A stretch of DNA of 64,000 nt, from contig JBBQXS010000017.1 of assembly GCA_038209365.1 (NCBI GenBank), positions 7,111 through 71,110 of the forward strand, in the 5' to 3' direction. Shown here piece after piece: positions 1 to 7,867 of this stretch (within the stretch, counting starts at the first letter, position 1; every line of letters starts with the position of its first letter). This DNA is from Acidimicrobiia bacterium. Its GTDB lineage: Bacteria > Actinomycetota > Acidimicrobiia > IMCC26256 > PALSA-610. The notes under the pieces are model-generated. The model did not search any database, was not told where the DNA came from, and saw only the letters and a list, made by a program, of their open reading frames with translations. A program made the position numbers and the translations under genes.

Positions 1-722
1 GTTCGGGGAAGACGACGACGTCGGCCGTGCTTGCGCGCCGGCTCGCGCAGCAGGGCGCGCGCGTCGTGGCGCTCGACTGCGATACGAACCCCAACCTCGG
101 GATCTCGCTCGGCGTCGGGGAAGACGAGACCGAACGGCTGGTGGGAATGCGCCAAGCACTCGACGCGGCCGGCAACGCCGATCAGGATGCGCACGCCGCC
201 GACTGGGCCACGCTGCTCGACCGCTTCGGTACCGACGCGCCCGACGGCGTGACGCTCGCGGTCGTGACGCAGATCGACAACCCCGAACCGGGCTGTCCGT
301 GATGCGGTCTCTCTCCCGAGCAGTTGCTCGGGTCCGTTGATCCCGGCGCATCCGTCGTCGTCGCCGATTTCGAAGCCGGTCTGGGGACACTGACCCGCCT
401 CGGTGACGTGCGCGTCGATGTCGTGGTCGTCGTCGTCGAGCCGATGGCGAAGTCCATCGAAGTCGGCACCCGGGCCGCCGCGTACGCGGCGACACACTCG
501 ACCGACCGCGTCGTGGTGTTAGCCAACCGAGTACGCAACGACGACGACCTCGGCGCGATTCAGCGCGCCTTTCCCACGGCCGAGGTCGTGGTGGTCCCCG
601 ACGATCCCACCATCGGTGAGGCCGATCGCCGCGGGGTCGCGCCGCTCGATGTCGCGCCGACGTCGCCGGCCGTCGAAGCGATCAGCGCGCTTGCGTCGAT
701 CGTCGCGCCTCGCGCGCAGTGA
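1..722 (+). CDS. CooC/MinD-family P-loop NTPase (Ni-chaperone-like), 5'-partial, with in-frame TGA at 300-302 (candidate Sec codon, or a split pseudogene)
   Basis: Frame 3 reads SGKTTTSAV (Walker A tail) from the window edge. ORFs 27-302 and 324-722 share one frame and are separated only by the TGA. Both halves align with the paralog at 726-1484 (DxDxNPNLGISLG, ADFEAGLG, VVVEP, ANRV, PDDP). Confidence 0.8.
315..332 (+). promoter_or_regulatory. candidate bacterial SECIS-like hairpin downstream of UGA 300-302
   Basis: cccgagc (315-321) pairs perfectly with gctcggg (326-332), giving a 7-bp stem. The loop is AGUU (contains GU). The stem starts 12 nt after the UGA. Confidence 0.4.
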
Positions 723-725
723 CGC

Positions 726-1484
726 TCAGGTCGGGATCGCGGGGGTGGTCGTGTCGAGGAACTCGATGAGTGCGTCGACTGCCTCGCGCACCGGACCGGC
801 AAGCGTGCCCACGGCCGCACCCGCGCGGTCGGCGTCGGCAACCGCCGGTTCGTAAGGAATGACGCCGCACAACTCGACGCCGTACTCGGCGCACGTGTCG
901 GCGAAGAACGCGACGTCGTCGGGAAGACGCGCCTTGTTGCCCAACCCGTACGTGCGCGGGATCCCGAGCTCGTCGGCGAGGGCTTGGGTCCGCGCCGCGG
1001 TCACGACCGACTTCCGACTCGGTTCCATCACCACGACGAGAATGTCGGCGTGGGCCAGCGTGCCGCCCGATCGGCTCAAATGTTCGAGACCAGCTTCCAT
1101 GTCGACGATGGCAACGTCGGCATGGTCCTCGATAGCCATGCCGAGCAGGCTGCGGACCGCGGCGTGGTGCCCGCACGTGCATCCCGCGCCCGCCTGGTCC
1201 ACACGCATTGCAGACAGGAGGCGCGGGCCGGCCGGTGTCACGCGTCCGTATTCGCGCAGCAATGCGTCGGCGCCGAGCGTGCCCGAGCCCACCGCGAGGT
1301 TGCGCGGAATGACGGGGATCGCTTCGGTCTCGGCCAGCGACAGGCCGAGCGAGATGCCGAGGTTGGGGTTCGAGTCGGTGTCGACGGCGATGACCCGCTG
1401 TCCGGCGGCTTCGAAGCCCCGCGCCACCAGCGCAGCCACGGTGGTCTTCCCAACGCCGCCTTTGCCGACGATCCCCAACTTCAT
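726..1484 (-). CDS. CooC/MinD-family P-loop NTPase with intact CxC metal motif
   Basis: MKLGIVGKGGVGKTT Walker A, DTDSNPNLG, GAGCTCG motif, VDMEAGLEHL. GAGGAGG Shine-Dalgarno lies upstream of the ATG at 1484. Confidence 0.85.
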   Translation of the reverse strand: MKLGIVGKGGVGKTTVAALVARGFEAAGQRVIAVDTDSNPNLGISLGLSLAETEAIPVIPRNLAVGSGTLGADALLREYGRVTPAGPRLLSAMRVDQAGAGCTCGHHAAVRSLLGMAIEDHADVAIVDMEAGLEHLSRSGGTLAHADILVVVMEPSRKSVVTAARTQALADELGIPRTYGLGNKARLPDDVAFFADTCAEYGVELCGVIPYEPAVADADRAGAAVGTLAGPVREAVDALIEFLDTTTPAIPT

Positions 1485-1541
1485 CGTGCTGCCTCCTCGA
1501 TCCTTCCGAGTGTTGCACGCCCAACAAGGCGCCGGTGCCTC

Positions 1542-2330
1542 GTGACGCCGGCACGAATCGCGTTCATCGGCAAGGGCGGCGCCGGGAAGTCGGTGATCGC
1601 GGGCACCTTCGCCCGGCTGCTCGGCCGTCAGGGCACCCCGGTGCTCGCAGTGGACTCGGATCCCATGCCGGGCCTTGGGTTCTCGCTCGGCGTCCCTGGT
1701 GTCGACGCCCCGCTGCCGGACGACGCGCTCGAAGACGACGCGCCCGGTCCCGACGGGCGGCCCCAACCGGCGCGGCTGCGGCTCCCGCCGGTCGAGGCCA
1801 CCGAACGGTACGCGGCCGCGGCTCCTGACGGCGTGCGGTTCTTGCAGTTCGGCAAGTTGCGGGGCCACGTGCGCGAGCTTCAGCGTTCCCAGCAGGTGTT
1901 CCGCCGCATCATCGATGGGATGCGATCGGAGGGCTGGCACGTGATCGGCGACCTTCCGGGCGGCACTCGCCAGCCGTTCTTCGGGTGGGGTGACTTCGCC
2001 GACACTGTCGTCGTGGTGGCCGAGCCGACCGCGGCCTCGCTGCTCACCGCGCGCCGGCTCGCCAACCTCACCCGCTCGGACGCCGCGCCCGCTCGTCTGG
2101 TCGTCGTCGCCAACAAGGTGCGCCGCGCCGCCGAGGTCGATCGGGTGGCGGACCGCAGCGGTCTCGAGGTCGTCGGCGCCGTGCCGGACGACCCCGCGGT
2201 CCGTGCCGCCGACCGCGCGGGCCGGGCACTGCTCGACGTCGGCGCCGACAGCGACGCAGTACGCGCAATCGCCGACCTGGTAGCGCATCTGGTGGAGGCG
2301 CCATCGTCCGCAACCGACCCGGACGACTGA
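1542..2330 (+). CDS. CooC/ParA-like P-loop NTPase lacking the CxC motif
   Basis: GTG start; IAFIGKGGAGKS Walker A, VDSDPMPGLG, VVVAEP, VVVANKV. No Cys at the position of the paralogs' CxC. Confidence 0.75.
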   Translation: MTPARIAFIGKGGAGKSVIAGTFARLLGRQGTPVLAVDSDPMPGLGFSLGVPGVDAPLPDDALEDDAPGPDGRPQPARLRLPPVEATERYAAAAPDGVRFLQFGKLRGHVRELQRSQQVFRRIIDGMRSEGWHVIGDLPGGTRQPFFGWGDFADTVVVVAEPTAASLLTARRLANLTRSDAAPARLVVVANKVRRAAEVDRVADRSGLEVVGAVPDDPAVRAADRAGRALLDVGADSDAVRAIADLVAHLVEAPSSATDPDD

Positions 2331-2382
2331 TCACTACTCGCATTCTGCATGTACCTGCGGCAGACTGCCCGAGGAGGACTCG

Positions 2383-2637
2383 ATGGTCGGTTGGTGGATC
2401 GTCAACGCCGCGGTGCTCGTCGTCGTCGTCCCCGTCGTCGTCCTGCTCGCGAACCGCGTGATCCGCGCCGGCCTCGAGATCAACCGGTACGCGGAGGACA
2501 TCCTCGAGCACGGCGTCGGTATCGCCGCCAATCTCGAGCCCGTCCCTGCGCTGGTCGAAACCCGAGACCTGGTGGCAACGGCCACCGGCCATGCCGTCGC
2601 GTACGTCACCGCGCTCCGACGAATGCTCGCGAGGTAG
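2383..2637 (+). CDS. small single-pass membrane protein (N-terminal TM helix plus helical tail)
   Basis: GAGGAGGA SD before the ATG. Hydrophobic WWIVNAAVLVVVVPVVVLL segment. Tail shares AEDIL with the protein at 10204-10452. Confidence 0.6.
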   Translation: MVGWWIVNAAVLVVVVPVVVLLANRVIRAGLEINRYAEDILEHGVGIAANLEPVPALVETRDLVATATGHAVAYVTALRRMLAR

Positions 2638-2643
2638 GACGCG

Positions 2644-2922
2644 ATGTCGGCGGCCGCCATCGTCTCGCTCGTGTTGGTCGGCGTGTTGGTCGCCGCTCTC
2701 GCGTTCTATCTGATCTGGGTGGTCTTCATCTTGCGCCGGGCCGTCGACACGCTGGGCAAGGTGACATTCGGCGTGCGGGCGATCGCGTACCGCACCGCGC
2801 CCATCGGCGACCTTGTGACCGACATCAACGCCAACCTGAACGCGGTGGCCGACGCGCTCGAAGGGCTGACCGCGCCGCCCGCCGCGGACACGCCGACCGA
2901 GATCTCTACGGGCACGCGATGA
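2644..2922 (+). CDS. small single-pass membrane protein, paralog of 10709-10972
   Basis: N-terminal TM helix. KVTFGVRAIAYRTAPIG...INANL..VADALEGL aligns with KVSFGVRAIETQCAPIG...INGQL..VAGALEKL. Confidence 0.7.
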   Translation: MSAAAIVSLVLVGVLVAALAFYLIWVVFILRRAVDTLGKVTFGVRAIAYRTAPIGDLVTDINANLNAVADALEGLTAPPAADTPTEISTGTR

Positions 2923-2945
2923 TCGAGGGAGGAGTAACGCCGACG

Positions 2946-3119
2946 ATGCCGGTCGAACTCTGCTGTGCGGACGTCGGGCTCGCCTGCCGCCACGTGACCA
3001 AAGCCGACAACGCGGAGGATCTCGTCGCCAAGGTCGCCGAGCACGCGCGCGACGCGCACGGCGTCGAGCTCAACCAAACGTTGATCGACTACGCCACCAC
3101 CAAAGTCCGCTCGTCCTGA
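2946..3119 (+). CDS. DUF1059-like small Cys/His metal-binding protein
   Basis: GGGAGGAG SD, then the ATG. MPVELCCADVGLACRHV...AEHARDAHG matches the remembered DUF1059 pattern (CxDxGxxC...H..xxHG). It lies 12 nt upstream of the hydrogenase small subunit. Confidence 0.6.
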   Translation: MPVELCCADVGLACRHVTKADNAEDLVAKVAEHARDAHGVELNQTLIDYATTKVRSS

Positions 3120-3131
3120 TTCGAGGAGCAC

Positions 3132-4451
3132 ATGGCAACGCGTCCCGCCCGGTCCCCGGCCGCGGATCTTCTCGACCTGCTCGGGCCGGTCGACAAATTC
3201 CACGACCACGACGTGCTCGGCGACTTCGGCATGCCGACGCGCGCGTCGATGGAGCAGATGCTTGCGCCGGTCGCGACCGTCGGGGCGCACTCCAAGATCG
3301 GCCCGCTCGAGAAAGTCCACGCGTTCTGGCTCGCGGGCATGAGTTGTGACGGCTGTTCGGTCGCGGTGACCGGCGCCCAGGCGCCGTCGGTCGAGAGCCT
3401 CGTGCTCGGCGCGCACCCGGGCCTCCCGCAAGTGATCCTGCATCACCCGGTGTTGAACGTGGAGTCGGGCCCGGCGTACATGCGCGCCCACGAGATGGCG
3501 TTCGCGGGTGAGCTCGATGCGCCGTACGTCGTGATCTTGGAAGGATCGGTCGCCGACGAGACGATCGCCGCGCGGGCCGGCGGCTACTGGTCGGGCCAGG
3601 GCGAAGAGCCATGGGGACTCGGCGGCGAACTGCGGACGGTCTCGACCGCCGAGTGGATCGCGCGCCTCGCGCCGGGGGCCGCCGCCATGCTCGCCATCGG
3701 CACGTGCGCGACGTGGGGAGGCATCCCGGCCGCCGAAGGAAACCCGACCGGCGCGATGAGCATGATGGACTTCTTGGGCAAGGACTACCGCAGCGCGCTC
3801 GGTGTGCCGGTGATCAACGTGCCGGGGTGTCCGCCGATCGGTGACAACTTCACCGAGACCGTCGCGGCGGTCCTGTACTTCCTGCAAGGTTTTGGTCCGT
3901 TGCCCGAGTTCGACGAACTTGGTCGGCCGGCATGGCTGTTCGGCGAGACCGTGCACCGCCATTGTGTGCGCGGCGCGTACTACGAAGAAGGCACCTACGC
4001 CAAGGAGTTCGGCGACCCCGAGTGCCTCGTGGAGATCGGTTGCTGGGGCCCGGTCGTCAACTGCAACATCACCTCGCGCGGGATGATCAACCACGTCGGC
4101 GGCTGCATGAACTCCGGCGGCGCGTGCATCGGCTGCACGATGCCGGGGTTCCCCGACAAGTTCACGCCGTTTTACAAGCGGCCCCCGGGCTCGGCCGTCT
4201 CCACCGCCGCCAGCCGGCTCATCGGCAGCATGATCCGGCCGCTGCGGAAGGTCACGAACTCGCACCTTAATCGGGAGGTGCGCTGGGACCATGAAGACGA
4301 GGTGCCCACCGGCTGGGCCACCGAGAACTCCGGACCCACCCTCACGGCCAACGTCGCCCACAAGTTCTACGACCGGCTCCGCCGATCGAACGACCACGCC
4401 AAGGGTCGGGGCGGCGAGTTCGGCAAGACCTCGACCCCGCGAAAGAGCTGA
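3132..4451 (+). CDS. [NiFe]-hydrogenase small subunit, no twin-arginine signal
   Basis: FeS ligand motifs GMSCDGCS, GTCATWGG, PGCPP, HRHCVRG, CWGPVVNCN, GGCMNSGGACIGC. GAGGAG SD. No RRxFxK motif in the N-terminus. Confidence 0.93.
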   Translation: MATRPARSPAADLLDLLGPVDKFHDHDVLGDFGMPTRASMEQMLAPVATVGAHSKIGPLEKVHAFWLAGMSCDGCSVAVTGAQAPSVESLVLGAHPGLPQVILHHPVLNVESGPAYMRAHEMAFAGELDAPYVVILEGSVADETIAARAGGYWSGQGEEPWGLGGELRTVSTAEWIARLAPGAAAMLAIGTCATWGGIPAAEGNPTGAMSMMDFLGKDYRSALGVPVINVPGCPPIGDNFTETVAAVLYFLQGFGPLPEFDELGRPAWLFGETVHRHCVRGAYYEEGTYAKEFGDPECLVEIGCWGPVVNCNITSRGMINHVGGCMNSGGACIGCTMPGFPDKFTPFYKRPPGSAVSTAASRLIGSMIRPLRKVTNSHLNREVRWDHEDEVPTGWATENSGPTLTANVAHKFYDRLRRSNDHAKGRGGEFGKTSTPRKS

Positions 4452-4457
4452 CGCGCC

Positions 4458-6359
4458 ATGTGCTTCAAGAACTTGCCCATCGAGTTCGACGACGACGGCC
4501 GGGCGCGCCTCAAGGAAGGCATCCCCGACCCGTACTCGATGATCAGCTCGCGTCCGCGCGTCGACATCACCGACGTCGAACGCGAAGAGCAGATCAAGCG
4601 GCTCATGGCCCGCAACGGTCACATCAAAGACATCAACATGGACCCGGTCACCCGCGTCGCGGGCGCGCTCGCGGTGCACATCACCGCCGACCTCGAAAAG
4701 GGCGAGCACCTCGACGCGCGCGCCCAGGCAACGCTGTTCCGCGGCTACGAGGTGATCCTGATGGGTCGCGACCCGCGCGACGCCATCTTCATCTCGTCGC
4801 GCGCGTGCGGGGTGTGCGGCGGTGTGCACAGCCACTGCTCCGCGTACGCGATCGAGATGGCGATGGGGTTGGCCCCGCCGCCGATGGGGACCGTTGTGCG
4901 GAACCTGGCCGAGGCCGCCGAGATGGGCTACGACAACCCGTTGCACCTCTACTTGTTGGCGGGCCCCGACTACTCCGAATCGGTCGTACGTGCGGTCAAT
5001 CCCGAGTTGTGGCCCAAGGCCGAGAAGTGGCTGTGTCCCGGCGCGGCGCACCACGGGTTCCGCACGATGGCCGATCTGATGACCGCGCTCAACCCGCTCA
5101 CCGGCGACCTGTACCGCGAGGGTCTCGACTTCACGCGGCTGTCGCGGGAGATGTTCGTCGTTCTCTACGGCAAGTATCCGCACCCCCAGGGCGTCGTGCC
5201 CGGCGGCGTGTCGAGCACGGTGACGCTGCAGACGCTGAACGAGTACCACTCCAAGCTCGGACGCATCTTCGACTACGCGCAGCGGATGCTCGCGGTGTGG
5301 AACGACATCCCCGAGTTCTTCTACGAGTGCGACGACCGCTACCGCCGCATTGGCGCGCGCCCAATGAACCTCGTCGACACCGGCTTCTGGGACGACCCGT
5401 ACGCGTACGACGCGACGTACGCGAACTGCGACGAGTGGGGGCAGCGCCGGTGGTCGACGCCGGGCGTCGTGATCGACGGCGAGCTCGTCACCTCGCGGCT
5501 GACCGACATCAACGTGGGGTGGGAAGAGTTCGTCGACCACTCCTACTACGACGAGTGGGACGGCAGCCGCTACCGCACCGACGACCTCGGCAACCCGCTC
5601 AGCCCGTACCACCCGTGGAACAAGCAGACGCTGCCCCGACCCGGCGGCAAGAACTGGAAAGAGAAGTACACGTGGGCGTGCACGCCGCGCTGGGACCGCC
5701 AGGTGGTGGAAGCGGGCGCATACGCGCGGCTGTTCACGACCGCCATGGCACAGAAGCTGCCGGCCAATCCCTTCATCGAAGCGACCGGGTCCAGTCTGCG
5801 CATGTTGGTGCCGAAAGGCCTCACCGGCGAAGCGGAAGTCGAGTGGCACGTGCCAGAGTCGTGGAACGCGCTCGAGCGCAACCGAGGCCGCGCCTTCCAC
5901 TATCTCTTCTCACAGCTCGTCGGTCTCAACACGTTATTGCAGGCCTACGACCTGATGAAGCAAGGCGAGACGCGCGTCGCGGCCGTGACCGCCGACGAGC
6001 TCGACCGCCACATTCCCAAAGACGAAGTGCGCAGCGTCGGATGGTGGGGCGCGGGCCGGGGCTATCTCACCCACCACATGGTGATGGAGAAAGGCCGCAT
6101 CGCGAACTACCAGATCTGCACGCCCTCGACGATCAACGCGTCACCACGCGACCCGTTCGACCAACCCGGCCCGTACGAAGAAGCCGTCATGAACACGCCG
6201 ATCCTCGAGGAGTTCGACGATCCCGGGCGATTCACGTCGATCGACATGCTGCGCGCGATCCGCAGCTTCGACCCGTGCATGCCGTGCACCACCCACGTCG
6301 ACACGGGCGACGGCACGGTCGTGCGCGAGGTGAACACCTGCTCGTGCGGCGCTGACTGA
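4458..6359 (+). CDS. [NiFe]-hydrogenase large subunit
   Basis: RGYE-x15-SRACGVCGGVH (L1) and FDPCMPCTTH (L2) give four Ni-ligand Cys. NASPRD is present. A 20-aa C-terminal tail follows the His. Confidence 0.95.
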   Translation: MCFKNLPIEFDDDGRARLKEGIPDPYSMISSRPRVDITDVEREEQIKRLMARNGHIKDINMDPVTRVAGALAVHITADLEKGEHLDARAQATLFRGYEVILMGRDPRDAIFISSRACGVCGGVHSHCSAYAIEMAMGLAPPPMGTVVRNLAEAAEMGYDNPLHLYLLAGPDYSESVVRAVNPELWPKAEKWLCPGAAHHGFRTMADLMTALNPLTGDLYREGLDFTRLSREMFVVLYGKYPHPQGVVPGGVSSTVTLQTLNEYHSKLGRIFDYAQRMLAVWNDIPEFFYECDDRYRRIGARPMNLVDTGFWDDPYAYDATYANCDEWGQRRWSTPGVVIDGELVTSRLTDINVGWEEFVDHSYYDEWDGSRYRTDDLGNPLSPYHPWNKQTLPRPGGKNWKEKYTWACTPRWDRQVVEAGAYARLFTTAMAQKLPANPFIEATGSSLRMLVPKGLTGEAEVEWHVPESWNALERNRGRAFHYLFSQLVGLNTLLQAYDLMKQGETRVAAVTADELDRHIPKDEVRSVGWWGAGRGYLTHHMVMEKGRIANYQICTPSTINASPRDPFDQPGPYEEAVMNTPILEEFDDPGRFTSIDMLRAIRSFDPCMPCTTHVDTGDGTVVREVNTCSCGAD

Positions 6360-6363
6360 CATC

Positions 6364-7122
6364 GTGACCGGGTGGACCCTGGTCGGCGGGGTCGGCCAGC
6401 TGTTCCAGGGCGACCTCGACGTCGGTCGGCTGGCGGTCGACGCGCTCGCGGCCGCGGACCTCGGCCCGCACGTGCTCGTCGAGGAGCTGCATTACGGCGC
6501 GGTCGCAGTCGCCCAACGACTCCAAGAGCTCGATCCGATCGGGCTCGTGCTCGTCGGCGCCGAAGTCCGAGGGCGTATGCCGGGGACGGTGGAACGACGG
6601 CGCGTCCAACCGTTCGACAGTGTCGAGCCGGAGGAGGCCCAGCGCGCCGTCGCCGAGGCCGGCACCGGATACGTCGATATCGACCTCGTCATCGACGTCG
6701 CGCGCGCCTTCGGCGCGTTGCCGGACCGGACGGTTGTCGTCGCGGTCGAGCCGCTGACCGTGGGCCCGGGAGTGGAGCTGTCCGAACCCGCCCGACGCGG
6801 ACTCGACCGCGCGGTCGCGTTGGTACGCGAGGAGGCCGCGCGCGCACCGGTCCTCGAGCTTGCCGACCGGCTGCGGCGCGTCGTCGCCGACCCGGCACGG
6901 CTGGAACCGAGCGCCGCGCTGGACGCGCTGCACTCACTGCTGCGCGAGCTCGCGGTGCTCGACGCCGATGGTCGTTGGGGTCACACGTTCCGGTGGCGCG
7001 ACCGTCTGCGGCAAGCCATTTCCGACGGCGACACCGGCGCAGGCATGGACCATCTCGACTGGGGATTGTGGTGGGCGCTCATCGAGGCGCTTGATCGGTT
7101 GGAGGCGGCCGAGTCGGCGTGA
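6364..7122 (+). CDS. hydrogenase maturation protease-like protein, divergent, with C-terminal extension
   Basis: LVGGVGQLFQGDLDVGRLAV resembles the GxGNxxxxDDGxG N-terminus of HupD/HybD-type peptidases. About 90 extra C-terminal residues. Starts 4 nt after the large subunit stop. Confidence 0.6.
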   Translation: MTGWTLVGGVGQLFQGDLDVGRLAVDALAAADLGPHVLVEELHYGAVAVAQRLQELDPIGLVLVGAEVRGRMPGTVERRRVQPFDSVEPEEAQRAVAEAGTGYVDIDLVIDVARAFGALPDRTVVVAVEPLTVGPGVELSEPARRGLDRAVALVREEAARAPVLELADRLRRVVADPARLEPSAALDALHSLLRELAVLDADGRWGHTFRWRDRLRQAISDGDTGAGMDHLDWGLWWALIEALDRLEAAESA

Positions 7123-7867
7123 CGTCGTAACCGGAGAGGTCAGGCGGCTGGTCGATGTCGCCAACGGCCGGCTCGAGGATGCCGAGATGTTGCGGCCGAA
7201 TCGCGACGCGGCTTCCGCGTGCCGTCGTCACGACGAGCGCGCCGTCAGCCAAGCACGCGCTCGCCTCCCCCTCGGTCATCGGGCCACCCGGTCCGAGCGG
7301 AATGAGCCGAGCCCGCACCCGCTGTCCCAACGTCGTGCACCGCGCGGTGACGGTGGCGAGCACTGTGTCGGGATCCTGAGCGAGGCGGGCCTCGATCGCG
7401 TCGGCGGCGCGGGCGAGCAGTGGACCGCGCGGCGGTTCGACGCCGCGCAGCCACACGTTGATCACCGCCCAGGTCAATCCGTCGGGACCGAGCTCCGACT
7501 CGACGCCGACGGCCCCGGCCAGTTCACCGTCGCGCCAGACCTCGTCGGGCCAGTGCACCTCGCCACCGGCGAGCGCGTCCGCCACGCCGGCCACCGCGAC
7601 CAGATAGAGCCATCCCTCGCGCTCGGCGGGCAACGGCGGATGCACGACGAGCGAGAAGCCCACGTCGCGCTCGGGGACGAGCGCCCACGGCCAGCCGGCC
7701 CGCCCTCTCGGCGACGCCTGGTAGCCGGCCACGACCACTGCACCATCGGGGGCGCCCGCCCGCGCCCACGCCTGGGCGTCAGCGGCCGTCGAGAGGAGCG
7801 CCGGGTAGACCCGAGCCGGCCGCTCCGCCAACCACTGCGCCAACGCCTCGGGCGAGAGATCGTTCAT
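7079..7867 (-). CDS. biotin/lipoate protein ligase (BPL_LplA_LipB)-like protein
   Basis: BirA-catalytic-domain-like layout (QASPRGRAGWPW, HWPDEVW, GAVGVE). Its ATG overlaps the stop of the upstream TPR gene (ATGA). Confidence 0.5.
   Translation of the reverse strand: MNDLSPEALAQWLAERPARVYPALLSTAADAQAWARAGAPDGAVVVAGYQASPRGRAGWPWALVPERDVGFSLVVHPPLPAEREGWLYLVAVAGVADALAGGEVHWPDEVWRDGELAGAVGVESELGPDGLTWAVINVWLRGVEPPRGPLLARAADAIEARLAQDPDTVLATVTARCTTLGQRVRARLIPLGPGGPMTEGEASACLADGALVVTTARGSRVAIRPQHLGILEPAVGDIDQPPDLSGYDVTPTRPPPTDQAPR

Noticed and set aside
2706-5900. 1064-aa minus-strand ORF antisense to the hydrogenase subunits. Similar long antisense ORFs occur at 16162-17844, 24269-26005, 30326-32272, 38029-39513, 48284-50566 and 682-1554.
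   Set aside because: They are Arg/Pro/Gly/His-rich and low-complexity, with no motif content. They lie opposite genes with unmistakable family signatures. This is the typical stop-codon-poor antisense frame of high-GC DNA.
4458-6359. Possibility of a [NiFeSe] hydrogenase, given the TGA seen in the neighbouring cooC paralog.
   Set aside because: The large subunit has no internal TGA, and both L2 positions are Cys (DPCMPC).
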